Source of the DNA: Octopus vulgaris
Lineage: Eukaryota
NCBI GenBank assembly: GCA_951406725.2
Contig: OX597829.1
Coordinates: forward strand, 37,386,001-37,450,000
DNA: 64,000 nt
Direction: 5' to 3'
Shown here: positions 52,296 through 64,000 of the stretch, piece after piece
Layout: every line of letters starts with the position of its first letter
Position numbering within the stretch: the stretch's first letter is position 1
Notes under the pieces: generated by a model
Database searches by the model: none
Told to the model about the DNA's origin: nothing
Seen by the model: only the letters and a program-made list of their open reading frames with translations
Program-made: the position numbers and the translations under genes

Positions 52296-54716
52296 GTAAG
52301 TATGGAACCTAATTATTTGTTTATTTTATATGTTTGCTTAGTCTAGGGAATGGATGTATGGTTAAGAAATTCTCTTTGCAATGTTGTGGTACTGGGTTCA
52401 ATCTCACTGCTTGATACATTGGACAAGTACCTTCTACCATAGCCTAAGATTAAATAATACTTTGTGGGCGGAATTTGGTTGATGGAAGTTGTACAAGAAG
52501 TTCATTGGAAGTGTGCATGTGTATATGTGAAAGCACGTGGCATAGTGGTTGGGAAATGGCAGTCACAATTGCATGGTCATGGTTTCAATTCCCAGGCCAG
52601 CAATCTGTTGTGCTCTTGAGCAAGACACTTCATTTCACATTGTTCTACTTCACACAGCTGTAAATGGTCGACCCCTCTGACATACTAAGTTTCTGCTTGG
52701 AGGAAATATTGGGTGGCATCATTTGAAAACTACAACAATACAAGGAAGCACATTGGGACTAGCAATTGTCTGATAAGTACAGTGATATTGATACACACAC
52801 ATATAGGCTGTGTAGTTATAAGCTTGCTTCCCAATCACATGGTTCCACATGCGTGGCACCTTGGGCAAGTGTCTTCTACTTTAGCCTCTGGCTGACCAAA
52901 GCCTTGTGAGTGGATTTGTTAGACAGAAACTGAAAGAAGCCTGCTGTATATATATATAAATATAAATAGATAAGTGTATTTTACCTTGTTAACAATTAAC
53001 ACGGAAAAATAAATAAATAGTTACCAGGGCAGCAAAAATCTCACAAGTAAAGATGTTGTAACTCCTTGTTTATAAAGGTTGAAACTTCGTGTTTACGTTG
53101 AATATTTTGAATAATATGAATAAAAAATGGAGTTAACGCAGGTTTAAACAAGTTTAAACCTGCGTTAACTCCATTTTTTATTCATATATATAAATATATA
53201 TATATAATATGTGTGCACGCGCACACAACCAATGTTGGTGTATTAACATCCCTATAACTTAATGGTTTGGCGAAAGAGACCAATAGAATAAATACTAGGC
53301 TTACAAAGAATAAGTCCCATGATTGATTTCTCCGACTTAAAAACCCTTCAAGGCAGTACTCCAGCATAGCCACAGTCAAATCACTGAAACAAGTAAAAGA
53401 ATAAAAGAACATATATTTTTATATATAAAATATATCCTCCCCCTCATCATCATTTAACGTCCATTGTCCATGCTGGCATGGGTTAGACGGATTGACCAGG
53501 GCTGGTAAGCTGGAAGACTGCGCCAGGCTCCAGTCTGATTTTGGCATGGTTTTCTATGGCTTGATGCCCTTCCTAACGCCAACCACTCTGAGAATGTAAC
53601 GGGTGCCATATGCATGACACTGGTATCTGCCATGACTGCGATTTTGCTTGGCTTGATAGGTTTTATTCTCAATCACAACATAATGCCAAAGGTCTTGGTC
53701 ATTGCCCCCATAAGGCCCAGCAGATTACTCTCTGGGATTAAGTGTTTTAACCCTTTTGTTACCATATTTCTATTTAGATACACTTCTTTTGCTTGGCTGT
53801 ATGGTAAGAGGTTTGCTTCTTAACCATATGGTTCTGGGTTCAGTCCCACTATGTGACATGTTGGGCAAGTGTCTTCTTCTATAACCTCAGGCTAACCTAA
53901 GCCTTGTGAATAGATCTGCATAACTTAGTTGTTTGGTGTAAGAGACTGATAGAATAAGTACCAGACTTTAAAAAAAAATGGTAGTGAGGTTGATTCATCA
54001 GATTAAAAATTCTTCAAGGTGATGCCCCAGCTTGGCCATGGCCTAATGACTGAAACAAGTAAAAAAGGCAGTAAGCTGGTATTTGGAACATAAATTAGCA
54101 TGAATTTTTTAAATGAAAGGTTTTAATTTAGTTCCCTTTAAAACTTAAAGCAGTTTGTATTGTGGAAAGAAAGGTAGTTTCAGGCAGGTTACTTATCAAA
54201 AAGTTAATTAAAAAAAAAAAAGCTTGCTAACCAACCACATGGCTCCGGGTTCAGTCCCACTGCGTGGCATCTTGGGCAAGTGTCTTCTGCTATAGCCCAG
54301 GGCCGACCAATGCCTTGTGAGTGGATTTGGTAGACGGAAACTGAAAGAAGCCTGTCGTATATATATATATATGTGTTTGTGTGTTTGTCCCCCTAGCATT
54401 GCTTGACAACCGATGCTGGTGTGTTTACGTCCCCGTCACTTAGCGGTTCGGCATAGAATAAGTACTGGGCTTACAAAGAATAAGTCCCGGGGTCGATTTG
54501 CTCGACTAAAGGCGGTGCTCCAGCATGGCCGCAGTCAAATGACTGAAACAAGTAAAAGATGAAGAAATGTTTTTTTTTTTTTTGTAAATGTTTGTACATT
54601 TTATTGCTAATCACTTGTACATTTTTATCACTGTCAACTTAACATTGTAATTATATTTCCTCCTTTCTTTTTATTTTATTTTATTTTATTTTTGTTTGTT
54701 TTTTCATTTATTTCAG

Positions 54717-54828
54717 ATAGCAGCTCAGTCCACCTGACATTTAATTATCTTCTAATGCTGAATATCATCACTGTAAATGTCATGGTTCAGCCAGGACCTC
54801 AGGCACCCACAACTTCAATATGCGGAGG
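54717..54828 (+). CDS. THOC5: THOC5 exon 12 (DSSSVHLTFNYLLMLNIITVNV...ICGG)
   Basis: HLTFxYLxxLNIxTV signature; GG|gtaggt. Confidence 0.94.
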
Positions 54829-54837
54829 GTAGGTTTC

Positions 54838-55028
54838 TAATAATAATTAATAATAATAATAATGATGAAAATGATGTGGATAATGACACAGATGAAAATG
54901 ATGATGATAATAATAATAATAATAATATTAATAATGATAATAATAACAATAATAATGATGAAAATAATAATAATAATAATGAAAATAGTAATGATGATAA
55001 TAATAATAATAATAACAAGAACAACAAT
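54838..55028. repeat. Compound (AAT/GAT/AAC)n microsatellite
   Basis: Directly visible; begins 10 nt after the exon 12 donor. Confidence 0.95.
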
Positions 55029-56364
55029 TTCTATTATTTCTTTTTGCTGACCTTTTGTTCTCTGTGTTTTGTAAATGTTTGTTGAATAAATTTTCAATAT
55101 TGAATTTTGTAAAGCATGCCCAGTGTAAACTATGCATGCACAAGTATTTACAGTAAGATCTCAGGCAGTTTGTTGCTGCAGAATTCTTCAACTCTCAATG
55201 TCTCTCCCACTACTTGGAAAATTCCTACACACACACACACACACACAAACACACACGTATATCCATTCTCAAAAAAAATATCTCATCTGCAAATGTTCTG
55301 TCGTTTGTTATTTTAATGTCCATTCTTCCATGCTGGAACAGTCAGGTTGGGTGGTTTGACAGAAAACAACTAGCCAGAGATATGCTTAGATTTCCAATAT
55401 CTGCTTTGGCATGATTTCTACAGCTGAGTACCCTTGCTAGTGCCAACCTCTTTATAATGCATGTATTTTTTTTTTTTTTTTTTTTAAAGTTCAATGAAAT
55501 ACTTGAAAGAAATCTGCACCCGTATTTAATTCTATATCTTGCCATTTGGGGGCCTACTTACTTAACCCCTTCACTCCCTGTTGGAGTATATGCTTTCAAC
55601 AATTTTTCTCTGCTGTTCTCTACTCTGGGATGTTTTTTCCTGCTTCTCTCCAGCTAGATCTTTGCTTGCTTACAGTTTCCTTTTGGATTTTGCTGCACTG
55701 TGTTGTATGTTTCCCTGAAGGAAGTCCCCCCCCCGATTTTGCTGCTTTTGAATTATCATCTGTGCTTCTGTAACTTTGATTTTGGCCCTATTCAAACCCA
55801 TTTTTACCTCTGGGAAGAGGTGGTTCATATTAGTGTGGCTGCTATCCTTTGACCTGTCCAGCATCGAAGGACCTACCAGGAGTGTACACTCCACTGGCAT
55901 AACTCTCAGGGTCACCATACGGCAACAATGAAATGGACACCTTGTGGTGGAGTTGGGGCTGGCTTCATAAAGAGAAATATGACCACGACTAGGTCAAATG
56001 GAAAAGATTTGTAATAAAAAAAAATTCAGGCATGTCTGTGTGGTAAGAAGCGTGCTTCCCAACCACATGGTTCTGGGTCCAATCCCACCATGTGACACCT
56101 TGGACAAGTGTCTTCTACTATAGCCTTGAGCCATCCAAAACCTTGTGAGTAGATTTGGTAGACAGAAAGTGAAAGCCCCATCACATATAAGCCTGGTGTA
56201 GTCTTCTGTCTAGCCAACTCATTTCAGCATGGAAGGTAGATGTTAAATGATGATGATGATATATATGTACACATGTATTATTGATAGCAATATGTAAACA
56301 AATTGTTGTAGCTAACTGCATTGCCACTATTTTTCTTTCTTTCTCTCCCTTTGTCTTTCTGTAG

Positions 56365-56466
56365 AGATTTGTTATCACCGGATAAGTTTTTAGCTTACCT
56401 GTATCCTGAGGATCATGGTTGTGACACTCCTAATCCTGCAAACCAATACGTTCTGAAACGATTTGG
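56365..56466 (+). CDS. THOC5: THOC5 exon 13 ([34 protein letters not shown])
   Basis: DLLSPD..LYPx[11 protein letters not shown] signature. Confidence 0.97.
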
Positions 56467-56545
56467 GTAAGCCCTTTCCTATTCTATTTTTTATTAAAAT
56501 TCTTTTTAATTCTTTAGATTTTGTTTTTTTGTTTGTTTTTTTTAA

Positions 56546-59039
56546 CCCTTTCATTACTAACCCAGCCATAGCCTGCTGAAAAATTTTTTGGTTCATAAGG
56601 CCAACCCAGCCGTAGCCGGCCGAGAGAACCCATTGTTATTCAAATGTAAATTTGAACCCAAATCTCGTTGGTACATTCGTTAAAACACGTGATTTCACTT
56701 TGCTAACAGTTGAGTTATTGTATCCAACATTGTTTGGCGTGGTATTTGAACTCAGTAAATTTTGGAAGATTTTTTTCTACATTTTTATCAGCGTTAATTT
56801 TTTTCAACTTTGAAAATGGAGAGGAGTTTCATGCTATCAAGCAGTGATTCCAAATTTGAAGGCTTTTCAACAGAAGATATCGAGATATCGAGGAAAAGAA
56901 TGAATGAAGTGCAAAAGCATGTGGTGGATGAAAATGAATCGGATCTTTCTGTATCCGAAACTGAAAGCGATTCTGAAGAAACTGAAAGCAGTGACATAGA
57001 CAGCGAGGATGATTTTACACCAGAATGGAGTAAAAAGTTAAAAAAAGTTTCTATTAACAATTTTTTCTGAGGAGACAGGGTCTACCCATAGTCTTTCTCA
57101 GGAAATGAAACCATTAGACTTTTTCTTTTTATTTTTTCCTGCATGCTTGTTTGAAAGCAATCACTGCAGAAACAAACCGTTACGGAGAATGTAAACAAGC
57201 AGGAAAAAAAGATAGCTTGTGGTTTCCTACAACTGTAGACGAAATACGAGCATTTTTTGCCATAAATATTATTATGGGTATAAGACAGTTACCCAGAATT
57301 ACAAATTACTGGAGCAATCAAAAACCTTTTGGCGATCAGTATGCTTCCAGTATTATGACCCGAATACAGTTTGTGAAACTAAACCAGTATTTACATATGA
57401 GAGACACTAGCAGTATCCCAGTACGTAGAGAACCAAACTTTGATCTCTTATTTAAAATAAGACCCCTCATTGACTGCGTTCAAAATGCATATAAAGCATT
57501 TTACAACTGTCGATGAGGGAATGGTGGGGTATAAAGGAAGGGTACGCTTCCAACAGTATATGCCAGGAAAGCCCACAAAATGGGGGATCAAAGTTTGGAA
57601 AATTTGTGAAGCAAATACTGGGTACTGCTGTGGATTTAGCTTCTATACAAGGAAAAGAGACCATAATGTTAGTCAGCATGGCCTAGGGTACGATGTGGTC
57701 TGGAATTTATCTCTTCCATACCATAACCAGGGCCGTATATTGTTTTTTGATCGATTTTTTAGTTCGGTCAAACTTGCGGTGGATTTAGAAGCTGTGGCAA
57801 TGTATATGTGTGCTACAGTAATTACTAGTAGAAAAGGGCTGCTGCTGGATATAAAAAAAAGTAAAATTTAAAAAAAGAGGTGAAATAATCCAATGGCAGA
57901 AACAAAATCTGCTAGCGACCGCTTACTGAGATAAGAGGCAGATAAATTTTCTATCTACCAGTGCACAACCATGTGTAGATGAAAATGGCACTCCGTTTGT
58001 GAACCTTGATTATAACAAGTACATGGGCGGTGTGGATCGGCTGAACCAGATGATGAGTTATTAACCAGTTGGGAGACCAGGTAATAAATGGTGGCGATAC
58101 CTGGTTTGGTATATAGTAAACATGAGCATTGTAAATGCATTTATATTATATACCAAATCAGGAGGGGTTCGCAAGCGGTGCGACCATCTGCAGTTCCGAA
58201 CAGATGTAGCAACTCAGTTGAAGACAGGTTATTTCTCCAAAAAAATAACTGCAGGAAGGAAAAGCAAAGCCTGCCAGAGAGATATTCCTCTGTGTTCAGC
58301 TGATCTACATAAATTAGAAAAAATCGGGGGTTGCAAGAGGCAGTGACGTGAATGTCTACGTTAACAAAGAAAAACTCCCAGTGGACAGCCAATTGAAACG
58401 TCTTTCCATGATAGAAATATTGTGTGAATATTGTTTGTATATATGTATAATTAGATTGTATAAATATTTTTCAAATTTACTTAATTTACCTGTAAAGTGA
58501 GTGACAAATTTTGATTTAATTTCTATTGTAAATCTTTATTATATATGTTCCTGTGTATTCATGTATATGTGTTAGTATATTTCATTCAGTTGTATTTAAT
58601 TTTCTAGTTTGCTTCAAAAACAAATTCCAGTATTTTAGTTTATTTTACCTTTATGGTACACCTGTTCTTCTGTGCATTAAATTCAACTGATAATCTAGTG
58701 ATGTGCACAATTCTTCTATATCAAAATTTTGTTGCATATTTCAATTAAATATTAGCTGAAGACTAATTTTCTATGGTAATGTTTAAACAAAATTTTAATA
58801 TTTTTACATGTTGCTCAGTTTACCTGGATTTACCTGTAATTACAGTCACTTTGAGACAAAAATTATACAATAGAATCAAGAACCCTTTCTTCATTTATGT
58901 TCCAAATATCACGTTAATATGTTGATAAGTAAAATAGTTACAGTTGTTTAATGAAACTAGTCTAAATTCATGATTATTTTAGAATTTAATTGAAACTCAT
59001 GAGGGGTGTATTTTGGTCAGAAATATAGCAACGAAAGGG
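56546..59039 (+). mobile_element. piggyBac transposon (PGBD4-like transposase, disrupted) in THOC5 intron 13
   Basis: TTAA|CCCTTTC...GAAAGGG|TTAA; VDEGMVGYKGR..QYMPGKPTKWGIKVW, FDRFFSS and YNKYMGGVD; multiple stops and frameshifts. Confidence 0.95.
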
Positions 59040-59879
59040 TTAATGGCAAAAGGAAACAAAAAATAAGGTTTGTTTAATGTACCTCTTCATGGGACCTAAG
59101 AAATTTGGATAAATTGTGAAGTTGTCATTTCTATTGTTTATCACCAGGTCACAATTGAGCAAACCTATGTTAGGTCAAAAGCATTCCAGTCATGGCTATC
59201 ACATCTTTTTAGGGAGTGTCTAAGACTACATATGTCTAACATGCTTTTTCTTTATTATTTCTACAACCAGATGCCCTTCTTGTTACCAACCCTCACTTCT
59301 TTCTTTGCAAGCAGGGCCAAATTAAGATCTTTAGTGGTCCTAAGCACTTAAAAGATTTTGGTGCTTTCATATTTAATTCAAAATCAAAATCATCATTATC
59401 ATTGTTTAACGTCCGTTTTCCATGCTGGCATGGGTTGGGTGATTCAACTGGGGTCTGGGAAGCCGGGAGGCTGCACCAGTTCAAAATGAAACAAAAATAA
59501 CAGCAAGATAGAAAATGTTTATTTTTGTATACTTCCATTTCATTTATATTTGAAATCCTTAATCAAATCCTCAAAATTCATCTTACGTAACACATCTGCT
59601 TCTAAACTTAGTAGAGATAAGGCATCCAAATATTATTTTAGCATTTTTAAAGTGATTTCTTTTGTGCTGTAAACCATTTACTATTTCTGTGGTGCCCCTC
59701 CCCTTCCTTTGATGCCTTAAGCATGTGCTTAGTTCGCTTAATGGTTAATCAAGTGCTGCAGGCAAGGTTTTTTTTTTTTTTTTCTCTCACTGATCAGTCA
59801 TGTTTCCACAGAAGATTTACATGTCTATAAAAAGAAACAAGTAAAAAATTAATTTTTTGTTTGTTTTGTTTCTCTTCAG

Positions 59880-60079
59880 TCTTGGTGACTTTTCAAGCCA
59901 CATCAGCATTACAGGTCGTCCTTATTTGTGGGCCCAGTGGATTGCAGGGCTCCAGTTTCTGAGTAATGATGTGAAATCTGGCAGTTCTTTGAGTTCAAGT
60001 CACATGCAAAACACTATTGAGCTGCTACGACGACGCATCCAGGCGAGACTTTCTCTTCTGAAACAACTTGTGTCTCTTG
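59880..60079 (+). CDS. THOC5: THOC5 exon 14 (LGDFSSH...GRPYLWAQWIAGLQF...RLSLLKQLVSL)
   Basis: PYLWxQ..GL and SHM..T..LL..R.Q.RL.L.KQ..SL; lies within ORF 59857-60129. Confidence 0.96.
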
Positions 60080-60298
60080 GTTTGTATCATTTTTCGTTTT
60101 TATTCAGCTTTTTTATTTTTTCACTATAGGCGCAGGAGTGGCTGTGTGGTAAGTAGCTTGCTACCCAACCACATGGTTCCGGGTTCAGTCCCACTGCGTG
60201 GCATCTTCGGCATGTGTCTTCTGCTTTAGCCCTGGGCCAACCAATGCCTTGTGAGTGGGTTTGGTAGACGGAAACTGAAAGAAGCCTGTCGTATATAC

Positions 60299-60362
<64 letters not shown>

Positions 60363-61327
60363 CTGTGTTTGTCCCCCTAGCATTGGTTGACAACCGATGC
60401 TGGTGTGTTTACGTCCCCGTCACTTAGCGGTTCGTCAAAAGAGACCGATAGAATAAGTACTGGGCTTACAAAGAATAAGTCCCGGGGTCGATTTGCTCGA
60501 CTAAAGGCGATGCTCCAGCATGGCCGCAGTTAAATGACTGAAACAAGTAAAAGAGTAAAGATAGTGTTAATGAATAATTTTGCACAAGGTACACATGTCT
60601 GTGGAAGGACTCTTAGTTTACTGTCAATTCTACATACATCTAGGACCTCCCAGTATCTGTCAGAGGTTTTGTTTTGCCAACTCCTCAGAGGAGTGAATGC
60701 CAAAGTTGGCTGCAGCAAAATTTAAGCTCAGAAACTAAATCTCACAAGATATTTTGTCTGATGTTCTATTGATACCACTAATTTGCAGCTTAACCAGTCC
60801 CAGATGGACTAGCCAATGAAGCAGTTTCTATTTGGTTACTTTTATTGCTAGAAATAGCAGCTAAACCTTCTTCAAATTTCACTCTAATATCAATAATGAC
60901 TGAAAACACAGGACTATTTAATCTCTGGTACACACTGCTGGAAGAGTTTTGTTTTTAAGCTTACTCAGAGAAGGCTGACCTGAAGCAACATAAAAACAAT
61001 ACTAGAAATATGAAAGGCAAAATCAAAACGAATGTGATTTGAACTTGCAACGTGAAAGAAATTAATGTAAACTAACGGTCCTCACTTATAGAGAAAACAA
61101 GTGATTTTGTATATTCTGATGGCTTCAGATAAATTCATTGCATAAAGTTCTGAGATGGAGGATTAAAGACACTTTATAACACTTTTGTACTATAACCCCA
61201 GGCTAACCAAAGCCTTGCGAGTGGATTTGGTAGACAAAAAGAGAGAGAGAGAGAGGCCCATCATGTGTAAATATGTATGTTTGTGTGATTGGGTTTATAT
61301 CTCCTTCATTCACACATGTGCACTCAA

Positions 61328-61775
61328 TCATCATCATCATCATCGTTTAACGTCCGCTTTCCATGCTAGCATGGGTTGGACGGTTCAACTGGGGTCTGGC
61401 AAGCTCGAAGGCTGCACCAGGCCAGTCAGATCTGGCAGTGTTTCTACAGCTGGATGCCCTTCCTAACGCCAACCACTCTGAGAGTGTAGTGGGTGATTTT
61501 ATGTGCCACCGACACAGGTGCCAGACGAGGCTGGCAGACGGCCACGCTCGGATGGTGTTTTCTTATGTGCCACCGACACAGGTGCCAGACGGCCACGCTC
61601 GGATGGTGTTTTCTTATGTGCCACTGACACAGGTGCCAGACGGCCACGCTCGGATGGTGTTTTCTTTTGTGCCACCAACACAGGTGCCAGACGAGGCTGG
61701 CGAACGGCCACGCTTGGATGTTGTTTGTTACGTGCCCACAGCACGGAGGCCAGTCGATGCGGTACTGGCTACGGT
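61328..61775 (-). mobile_element. Family C short retroposon with (GAT)n tail and internal subrepeats (also about 6150-6523, 27720-28010, 28455-28655, 36340-36728, 36970-37375, 39070-39368, 44640-44860, 45510-45926, 53445-53720)
   Basis: Shared ggaagggcatccagctgtagaaac...ccatgctagcatggaaa..gacgttaaa(gat)n end. Confidence 0.8.
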
Positions 61776-61979
61776 CAATGATAGTAAATAAACATTTCAC
61801 CAACAGTAACATTTACTTGCAGTCCACTGCAAAAGCATGTCTGTGCTTCCTGACATGTTGGGCAATCTTCAATGTGTTCATAGTCTCTTTTTCTTTTCTT
61901 TTTTTTGTTTTTGTTTTTCCAACCTCCAAAATTTCTTCACAAATATGTTTTACTTTCACCAAATTATTATTATTATCAT

Positions 61980-62455
61980 TGAGTGAGAGAGCAGTTCATG
62001 CCATCAAAGTGACACTGGGGTAAAATATACGAAGCCCAGTATACCCATCATGACTACCCATCTGATAAGGGTACACCAGGCACATGCATCACAACCATAT
62101 GTGCGCGACATGGTGATCTCATATCAAGATAAACAGCACATGACCTTGCAGGTGGAGCCCAGTTAGAATTTTCTTCAGATCGAGTAACCCATCCCGCTCA
62201 AAAGGTCCCTGAATAAGGGTTGTTTAAGGACGTTGAACGAAACACCCATGTTTCCAGAGGTGAATTATTCAAACCCCAAAGAATCCTTCTCAACACATGG
62301 CTATGATGCTCCTCCACTACTTCTGCTCGTGATCAGAGATGCACATATCGTCAGCCACTAAGGGACATGCTCAACTGGTTACGGTCAAACAACTGACAAG
62401 CAAATCTGTGGTATTGAGCAGAATATTTGCTGTAGCCCATCTTTTATACCAAGAC
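61980..62455 (-). mobile_element. Probable 5'-truncated non-LTR retrotransposon 3' UTR inserted in a (TAA)n tract
   Basis: GC-balanced 475-bp block bounded on both sides by (TTA)n. Confidence 0.5.
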
Positions 62456-62492
<37 letters not shown>

Positions 62493-62511
62493 CTTTTTCT
62501 ATTATCTACAG

Positions 62512-62615
62512 AGAGATCATTCATCCCTGTCAGTGGGGAGTACACAAACCTGTATCCTGCTAAGATTATCACCCACCTCACTTCCTGGAGACGTTCTACG
62601 TTTGAAGAATTTTCC
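62512..62615 (+). CDS. THOC5: THOC5 exon 15 (ERSFIPVSGEYTNLYPAKIITHLTSWRRSTFEEFS)
   Basis: PV....L.PAK...L..W motif; TCC|gtaagt. Confidence 0.94.
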
Positions 62616-63883
62616 GTAAGTTTGCTTGTCATGTGTTTTTTTTCTTTTTATGGAAGCCATTTGAATGCTAGCTTGGATTAGCTGTGTTTTATTGAAGCAT
62701 TGTGGTACAACTAGATGCTCTTCCTGTTGGTAACCATTAACTGTTATTTTACATGTCTTTCAAAAAAAAAAAACTTGCAGAAATAGGTGAGGAAATGACA
62801 ACAAAATCATTATTTGTAGCTCTCTCTCTCTCTCTCTCGTTATTTTATTTCATTTTTTTGTCAGAGAAGCACAAATGTGCACACACACACACATATAGGG
62901 TGGGCGCCTTCTTTCAGCTTCCAACTACCTAGTTCATTCACAAGACTTTGGTCAGTCTGGAGTTATATAGAAGATACTTGCCTTAGGTGTCACACAGTGG
63001 GGCTGAATCCAAAACCATGTGTTTGGGAAGCCAACTTCTTAATTGCACGCCTTTACATTCTGTTGAGAAATAATCTTAAGTAATATTGTTTTTAATCTAA
63101 AATATTACAGTTTATATATTTGACTCTTCTGCATATCCTTGACAGCATAGTAAACAGGAGAGTCGAGAATGGTGAGTAAAGGTTACCAGAGTGCAATTCT
63201 TGCCATTCGAGCATCACCGTTTAGAAGGAAAGAGGTGGGGAAGCATAAGGAATGGAGATATCCAATCTGCACATTATGAGTATTGTTCTCTCTGTTATGA
63301 CACTGGGTACATGAGATTACTGAATAGGTACAACTGTTTAGAGAATAGATGGTGATGATGATGGTGGTGGTTGTATGTGATGGTGTAGACTGGGCAATGA
63401 ACGGGTAGTAATGCATGTACAAAAAGCACAACAGACAAGGGTGAGGTGTGTACACTAGACTTGTGCAGGAGATTGGGTCTTCTGCAGCATTGTGTATCAC
63501 AAGTCAGCATGGTCTTTCACTTACTCACATACGCACATGTATAAAACCTAAAGCTGACCAAGAGATACATTGGCCAGAATAACCTCAAAAAATGTGCTTA
63601 ACTCTTTAGCCTTCAGGTTATTCTCTCATATGTAATACTTATTTATTCATATTGTTTTCAATTAAGCAGGAACTATCTCGTAGCTTTGGGATTTCAGTGA
63701 TGTTTACTTTCAGAATGACATTATAGGGTAAATGGGAGAGGCTAAATCTGGTCATTTTGAGCATAAAACAGGTAGAATATTTCAACCTGATATGGTTGGT
63801 TTAAAGGGTTAAAACACTTACCAATTTTGATCAATCTAAGTTTTGTTAGATATACAGAAACATAATTTGTCTTTTATTTTCAG

Positions 63884-64000
63884 AACTTACCATATTGTCA
63901 GAGTCTTGTTAAAGAAGGTTTTGCTCATGAATCTGACATGTTCTTCACTGCGGTTCTAGAAAGAAGTTCTGCCAAGCTTATCTGCCAGGTTGTTGTACCA
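63884..64000 (+). CDS. THOC5: THOC5 exon 16, truncated by window end (NLPYCQSLVKEG...ERSSAKLICQVVVP)
   Basis: ttttcag| acceptor, phase 0, ER..AKL...VV motif; open to the window edge. Confidence 0.9.

Noticed and set aside
54777-55191. Poly-N, poly-I and poly-L ORFs
   Set aside because: Translations of a trinucleotide microsatellite.
56810-58420. Domesticated PGBD gene or THOC5-piggyBac fusion
   Set aside because: The transposase is broken by several stops and frameshifts, and TIRs and TTAA are intact, so it is a decayed transposon.

Overview
AT-rich, repeat-dense eukaryotic genomic DNA. The SINE/MITE families and microsatellite load suggest an octopus (coleoid cephalopod); the organism is inferred, not proven. 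Two spliced housekeeping genes sit head-to-head. LYRM9 is on the minus strand (3 coding exons, 79 aa, 20700->6989). THOC5 (THO complex subunit 5) is on the plus strand (16 coding exons from 23608, 553 codons in frame, running off the right edge). Neither is obvious in the ORF track; both were assembled by hand from GT-AG boundaries with consistent phases. Nearly all other sequence is transposon-derived: a CR1-type LINE with inverted 5' and 3' parts, mariner relics, a decayed piggyBac with a deletion derivative and MITEs, Helitrons, nested Mutator-type MITEs, an RTE fragment, a decayed Penelope-like element (PLE), a probable solo LTR and many tRNA-SINEs. The most unusual signals are three. (1) A tRNA-headed, Pol III-type short element carrying a minimal hammerhead-ribozyme motif, inserted twice as inverted dimers inside the PLE. 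(2) Further hammerhead motifs in THOC5 introns. (3) A 26-copy, 49-bp hairpin array just downstream of the TATA box of the solo LTR.
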